Shown here one piece after another: positions 63,001 through 64,000 of a DNA stretch of 64,000 nt (positions within the stretch are counted from its first letter, which is position 1; the number at the start of each line of letters is the position of its first letter). Both the position numbers and the translations under genes were made by a program. Origin of the DNA: an uncultured Candidatus Peribacteria bacterium (GTDB taxonomy: Bacteria > Patescibacteriota > Gracilibacteria > Peribacterales > Peribacteraceae); NCBI GenBank assembly GCA_964652185.1, contig CAZZDD010000004.1:258-64257 (forward strand). Reading direction: 5' to 3'. Below the pieces are notes generated by a model. The model was not told where the DNA came from. It saw only the letters and a program-made list of their open reading frames with translations, and made no database searches.

Positions 63001-64000
63001 GACGGCAGCGGCGGCGAAAGGCTCTACGGGTATGACGTCGATTCCACAGCCGGCAGCGGCGTCAACGTGGGATCTCGCGTGGACGGACCGCGTTTTCGCG
63101 GCGGTGGGCTCTACGGATTCTCTGTCGTCGGGGCAAGCACCTGGGTTGGCAATGAAGCGACCGCCGAACGCTTCGAGGATTTCGACGCCTTCATCGGCGG
63201 CTCGAATCACAATATGTGCTTCTACATCAACGGAGGCGTGCTCCGCGACGTGCGGGCCTATCGCATCCGCGCGGAAGGCTCGATGGGCATTTACCAGGAT
63301 TCATCCGACAGCGTGCCGCTGCTGATGGATAACTGCTACTTCGAGGGCTGGCGGAAGAACGGCGCAGTGGCGGTTCGCGGAGACGGCTTTCGTTGTGTCA
63401 ACTCGACATTCGTGGATTGCGTGCAGCTTTTCTCGCGCGAGTGGGTAGATGGTTTCTACTTGGACAACTGCGAACTGTATGAAACCAATGTCACGCCCTA
63501 CAACTCGACGAACAACGGCTCGCGCGGCGTTTTCCTGAACAACCTCCGCATGGTTGATTGCAGCTTGCAGATCGGCGACACGTGCAGCGGCGTGCGCGTG
63601 AACAACGTCAACATCATCATCACCGCACGCCCGCGCCGCCAAACGTCGAGCACGGCGTCAGCGGCCACTCTCGACGGCACGGGGCAAGACATTACGAATC
63701 TATCTGTGGACAACCGAGCTGGCTCTTTGACTAGCAACAGTTTCCGTTCGATTAGCTTCCAGGGTGCTGGCTCCAACACATTCACCAGGTGCGCCGTGAC
63801 CTACTCCAGCGGGACATGGGGCACGTTCACGGTCTCCGACACTGGCAGCAAAGTCTTCGACAAGTGCGAGTTTTATACGCACAACGGAAGCACCACGCCG
63901 TGCCTGTTTCAGGATGCCTCCGATCAGCGGTGGACCGGATGCAAATTCAACGGCAGGTCTGGCACTTATGAGGTTGCTGCTGGCGGCAGGATGGAGTGGG
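60019..64000 (+). CDS. Very large structural (fibre/beta-helix-like) protein, 3'-truncated by the window end; absent from the ORF track
   Basis: Codon-by-codon reading from the ATG at 60019 (preceded by an in-frame TGA at 60007-60009) reaches base 64000 with no stop, giving at least 1327 codons. The only listed ORFs here are out-of-frame or antisense. Hydrophobic N-terminus, Gly7 run, T/S/G/N-rich repeats, and a C-terminal beta-helix-like FLNNLRMVDCSLQIGDTCSGVRVNNVNIII. Confidence 0.8.
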   Translation, partial: MLNILKILIQAVAAIWPLLKKHPKKSLVAAAGITTASMFYSGGVTNPPSAVPIGAVTNHPGSDGDALTSNGDYTFTWEAGGGGGGGLDITGTVGDGDLLAYDGTDNTYRPQAWFQNVKSMVGGRRAAGVSAQTTGTGTAASTSLVTADGSSYEAGHGVAVIGAGASHGLSAPTNCFAIPRTVYQDTPITDDDVAAVTWTANTTTDRLILPNEVDCKVGLAIPNGQRVRFSNQGGALPTYDDGTPAQPITEGTNYYLAHAPEVRTLAIGNTPTSGTYRLHSFYDKRNPDFHIKNDPLLYVDIPYNSGPEVQTVRINGSPTGGSFTITIPGYGTTGSIAYNASAGTVQTAIQAVAGLGSVTVTSSGTLPSAVTYTISLLGISPIRTVMTSTSSLTGGTPSITHAITEEGFETRIRRLPGFAQVTAIQSGTSPNFTHTITFTGVPGAASLVYDTTNILPITTTITITQTTAGGYTIHTSEADAIAGSNALDLDGSGGSGTHHLEVYGSKTYDFRAAAQSGSGGVSPAASTFSTSLGPQECDEHQQICIAMDNPAGTRGFAVWGDLSTDYRLLALCNAVNNVYRVNLAAGGYTNFKAGDIGRTLTNGSTQTGTIQCFDNTTRNVWVIVSDNDTFPTNGATLSTTSGTGGGTQSGAAVKAGLWIYNGRRFKREYNYYANLTRRSGEKCYPGQLSVVDGYLYRCLDVTSDRRRAPEITFTINTSANTLTMSSTASLGALYLRASVALPATSTGRLDERTRYWPRTVSGSTVTIHPTEADATNNTNAIDLTAEGIGTYYALAGPSYSTTVGAVITDGNTTWRREDICVPRQPPDAEIANALLAMVVSRSSNTLTLDTALTTSVTSALVLHDDTDALLGHWNVVKSASSRSAVMYFPVGEYSCFLLDPLVDTRLFNSTFGSGTNYYLFRHVGTNHAWLNSLWKGEVGTRVIFNGTCVPGSLDNGDDSQGYGLLPHSFGRCRPVFEDIKWCSWPTGVQAIEHYDGSGGERLYGYDVDSTAGSGVNVGSRVDGPRFRGGGLYGFSVVGASTWVGNEATAERFEDFDAFIGGSNHNMCFYINGGVLRDVRAYRIRAEGSMGIYQDSSDSVPLLMDNCYFEGWRKNGAVAVRGDGFRCVNSTFVDCVQLFSREWVDGFYLDNCELYETNVTPYNSTNNGSRGVFLNNLRMVDCSLQIGDTCSGVRVNNVNIIITARPRRQTSSTASAATLDGTGQDITNLSVDNRAGSLTSNSFRSISFQGAGSNTFTRCAVTYSSGTWGTFTVSDTGSKVFDKCEFYTHNGSTTPCLFQDASDQRWTGCKFNGRSGTYEVAAGGRMEW

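Larger units (their letters stand above)
1..64000. mobile_element. Temperate tailed-phage genome segment (prophage or phage contig); no host flank visible
   Basis: Uninterrupted phage gene order: terS-terL-portal-head morphogenesis-protease/scaffold-capsid-connectors-tube-chaperones-tape measure-tail tip, then int/xis, recombination/replication genes and late membrane proteins. Nearly all genes are on the + strand with 1-4 nt start/stop overlaps. Confidence 0.9.

Noticed and set aside
1-64000. CRISPR arrays, reverse transcriptase/DGR or retron elements, and recognisable defence systems (R-M nucleases, CBASS, Thoeris, Gabija, toxin domains)
   Set aside because: No regularly spaced direct repeats were seen. 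No ORF carries a YxDD reverse-transcriptase motif. None of the ORF translations showed signature motifs of these systems. Absence is based on reading only, not on HMM searches.

Overview
The whole 64-kb window reads as one contiguous temperate tailed-phage genome, either a prophage or a phage contig. It is high-GC, almost entirely on the + strand, and densely packed with ATGA/GTGA/TAATG start-stop overlaps. No host housekeeping genes and no att junctions are visible.

Layout:
1. 2-27530, virion module: LamG-domain protein (open at the left edge), terS, terL, portal, head-morphogenesis protein, protease-scaffold fusion, HK97-type capsid, connector genes, an 883-aa pectate-lyase-like beta-helix protein, tail tube, G/GT chaperone pair with a -1 frameshift site, tape measure and tail-tip proteins. 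Three moron-like inserts interrupt it: 5307-6141, a PEP-CTERM gene on the - strand at 14559-15446, and a membrane gene on the - strand at 20405-20698.
2. 27649-29164: tyrosine integrase (-) and an excisionase-like HTH (+), separated by a repeat-rich spacer.
3. 29330-34960, DNA-modification block: GIY-YIG, MT-A70 methyltransferase, then five ATGA-coupled genes (ParB/Srx-like, GNAT, small basic protein, SNF2 helicase, SPPF methyltransferase).
4. 35-52.7 kb, early/replication genes: tandem paralogs, XRE HTH, second GIY-YIG, ERF annealase, tRNA-Arg(TCT), ParB-like protein, DEAH helicase, Toprim primase, HNH, RuvC-like resolvase, third methyltransferase, MazG, and a full-length CsrA homolog followed by an intrinsic terminator.
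5. 52.8-59.9 kb: secreted and membrane accessory genes, including a matrixin-like metallopeptidase, two signal-peptide CxxCH proteins and many tiny TM proteins.
6. 60019 to the window end: an ORF of at least 1327 codons that is absent from the supplied ORF track.

PEP-CTERM, dockerin-like repeats, a PSCyt1-like CxxCH segment and a DNPYQSP N-terminus suggest a Planctomycetota host. This is inference only.

I found no CRISPR array, reverse transcriptase or recognisable known defence system. The best candidates for something new are the five-gene coupled modification operon, a five-armed 119-nt tRNA-like element, the secreted CxxCH/metzincin cluster, the phage csrA and the antisense PEP-CTERM moron.

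All calls come from reading motifs by eye; no database searches were run.
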